Assembly: GCA_000165345.1 (NCBI GenBank)
Contig: CM000436.1
Span: forward strand, 1,152,001 to 1,216,000
Direction: 5' to 3'
DNA: 64,000 bases
A program made the position numbers and the translations under genes. Positions 62,501 to 64,000 of this stretch are shown here, piece by piece (within the stretch, counting starts at the first letter, position 1; each line of letters starts with the position of its first letter). The notes under the pieces are model-generated. The model was not told where the DNA came from. It saw only the letters and a list, made by a program, of their open reading frames with translations, and searched no databases.

Positions 62501-63749
62501 TATAATTATGATCATTTTCTTCTAAATTATTATTAATTTCAGAGTTTCCCGCCTTTTCTGTAAAGAATGAGCAAGAATCTGAAATATTGTTAGAATTAGA
62601 AGAATCAATATAAAGATTTTCGAATGCCGTATTGGTATGTTCATCTTCAACTTTTTTTAGTGTGAGATTAGATAGATTGAAATCTGGAGTTAGAAATTCA
62701 ATAGCTCCTAGTAGTCCTTGTTTGTAATTAATAGACTTTTTGTGATTATAATCAGTAAGTCCAGCACAAGATGATGATTCATAAGAGGTACCTAAAGTAA
62801 TTTGAGAAGTTTCTTGAGATCTTTTAACAAGATTAACTTGATAAATATGATATATTTTACATAAATCATTCAAGAATTGACCATTTTCTCCATAAGTTGA
62901 GCTATTAACTGAATTAATCTTTTTAATGTTTCTAATATTTCCCAAGCTTAAATTTAAGTATGGACCTCTTCTATGATCTTGTGCTATTGGTAGTTGTTGT
63001 AAATTGTAATTCTCCAGTTCTCTACCTCCTTTATCATATAAATCTTTCAAGTAATATTTACAAGCTAAAGTAAAAATATCCAAAGGAGTTCTTGATCTTA
63101 ATATCTTTTCTGTTTCATCTATCTCAGTCTTTTCCTTGGAGCTAGTGTTCTTCCTTCTAAAGTATCTTCTATGAGTTTTCTTCTTTTTTGTGTTTATAGC
63201 TTTCAAATCTTTTGTAGAAGAGGAGCATGAATTATTAATATTACTATTGTTATTAGTTGCATTTAAACCAGAACTTGAGCCTAAATTAGCTCCTGAATCA
63301 AAATCTAGAGCCTCACATATCTCTTCTCCTTCTCCATCATCTAAATCATCATCCATAATAGAAGTTGTTAAACAATTTTCATTAAAGTTAATACTATTTG
63401 CCTCGATATTTCTTCTTTCTTGTTCCTTTTTTAATTGTTCCAACTCTAAATTAATTCTCAGTATCTCATCCTGAAGGTATAATACTAAATTATGATCCTT
63501 TAAAATATTTACATTACCAAAAATCATCTTATCTTGAATCTTCTCTTCATCTATTATTGGCTCATATAGAAATTCATCCTTGAATAAATTATCTTTCAAT
63601 CCTCCACCTTCACTAAAATCAGAAACTTGCTTCAAATATTTATCCACTAATTTCTCAAATTCATCAGCTTCCTTAACATTTTTAACTTTTCTACATCCAT
63701 TAATTATGCTTCCCAGCAAAATCTCGTTATATTCAGTTTCTTTATCCAT
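56520..63749 (-). CDS. NCoR/SMRT-like SANT-domain transcriptional co-repressor (2409 aa) with extreme low-complexity expansion
   Basis: ATG at 63749. The SANT domain with its preceding block ([30 protein letters not shown]...[43 protein letters not shown]) is collinear with NCoR1 (LSVIPPMMFDAEQRRVKFINMNGL...WTDHEKEIFKDKFIQHPKNFGLIASYLERKSVPDCVLYYY). It has an N-terminal coiled coil ([18 protein letters not shown]). The upstream block [49 protein letters not shown] matches the NCoR region KVYHENIKTNQVMRKKLILFFKRRNHARKQREQKICQRYDQL. The C-terminal third is poly-Q, (GA)n, GGLQ/GGIPG Gly-rich and PD/PG repeats. One N at 56812 gives an X. Confidence 0.7.
   Translation of the reverse strand: [2409 protein letters not shown]
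57131..57397. repeat. imperfect to perfect (GCTCCA)n hexamer array (perfect core about 57313..57396, at least 13 copies) encoding the (GA)n/(GS)/(GV) dipeptide run of the NCoR-like protein; adjacent (CAA/CAG)n poly-Q tract at 56795..57050
   Basis: Seen directly. Mirror ORFs 56780..57070+, 57074..57439+ and 58108..58569+ are artefacts of these repeats. Confidence 0.85.
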
Positions 63750-63810
63750 AATTCTACCAAATTTTTCTTCAAAACTTATTTATTTAATCAGTTTCAACTT
63801 GATTATTTGC

Positions 63811-63960
63811 CTTTATATATACATATATATATATATAAACATATAAACATATATATATATAAGCAAATATATATATTTATGATTTACTATATTCTCCATA
63901 AATATATTTATATTTATATAAATATATACACTATCTATTCAAATAAACTCTTTCTAACTT
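63811..63960. repeat. TA/ATATAC-rich microsatellite in the 5' flank of the NCoR-like gene
   Basis: Seen directly. Track ORFs 63580..63846 and 63807..63998 are low-complexity artefacts. Confidence 0.85.
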
Positions 63961-64000
63961 ATTTAACCTTTGTTCGCTTTCCAAGCTTCTTTCTCTAATA

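Overview
This window is a compact, AT-rich (roughly 25-30% GC) eukaryotic nuclear contig, not a prokaryotic locus. It carries about 30 protein-coding genes on both strands, spaced roughly every 2 kb, plus one tRNA. Most genes are intronless, but a few small genes have short (60-165 nt) GTAAGT...AG introns. AT-rich spacers are punctuated by stereotyped GC-rich E2F-like palindromes (TTTGGCGCCAAA, TTCCCGCC/GGCGGGAA) and by GCATGC palindromes. Together with the gene content (Kazal-domain mucin, Sfp-type PPTase, ELO elongase, low-complexity giant proteins), this is most consistent with a Cryptosporidium-like apicomplexan. That assignment is inference only. The sequence contains scattered Ns, so it is a draft assembly. 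The six-frame ORF track translates TTG/GTG as Met, so several starts were moved to the first ATG. It also misses spliced genes. I reconstructed a 5-exon Bud32/TP53RK kinase, a 3-exon TAF9, a multi-exon PPTase and a speculative 3-exon zinc-ribbon gene by hand.

Confident calls: ELO fatty-acid elongase, THOC3/Tex1-like WD40 protein, RPF2 (Brix), Bud32 kinase, CCHC zinc-knuckle protein, seryl-tRNA synthetase, DHHC palmitoyltransferase, 4'-phosphopantetheinyl transferase, tRNA-Ser(CGA), DBP5/DDX19 helicase, PRMT1, V-ATPase proteolipid c'', RING-CH plus FHA E3 ligase, FCP1 CTD phosphatase, TAF9, a Kazal-domain Thr/Ser-rich mucin, and a 2409-aa NCoR/SMRT-like SANT co-repressor full of poly-Q, (GA)n and Gly-rich tracts. 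Lower-confidence calls: a CPSF160-like and a RIC1-like giant beta-propeller protein, a SARNP/Tho1-like small nuclear protein, and several lineage-specific secreted or membrane proteins.

I found no CRISPR array, mobile element, rRNA or prokaryote-style defence or operon system. The most interesting signals are the regulatory-motif architecture, including E2F-like sites at convergent 3' gene ends and a 20-bp perfect GCATGC palindrome. Others are the hidden intron-containing genes, the RING-CH plus FHA fusion, the Kazal mucin, and the repeat-laden NCoR-like gene with a (GCTCCA)n coding hexamer array.
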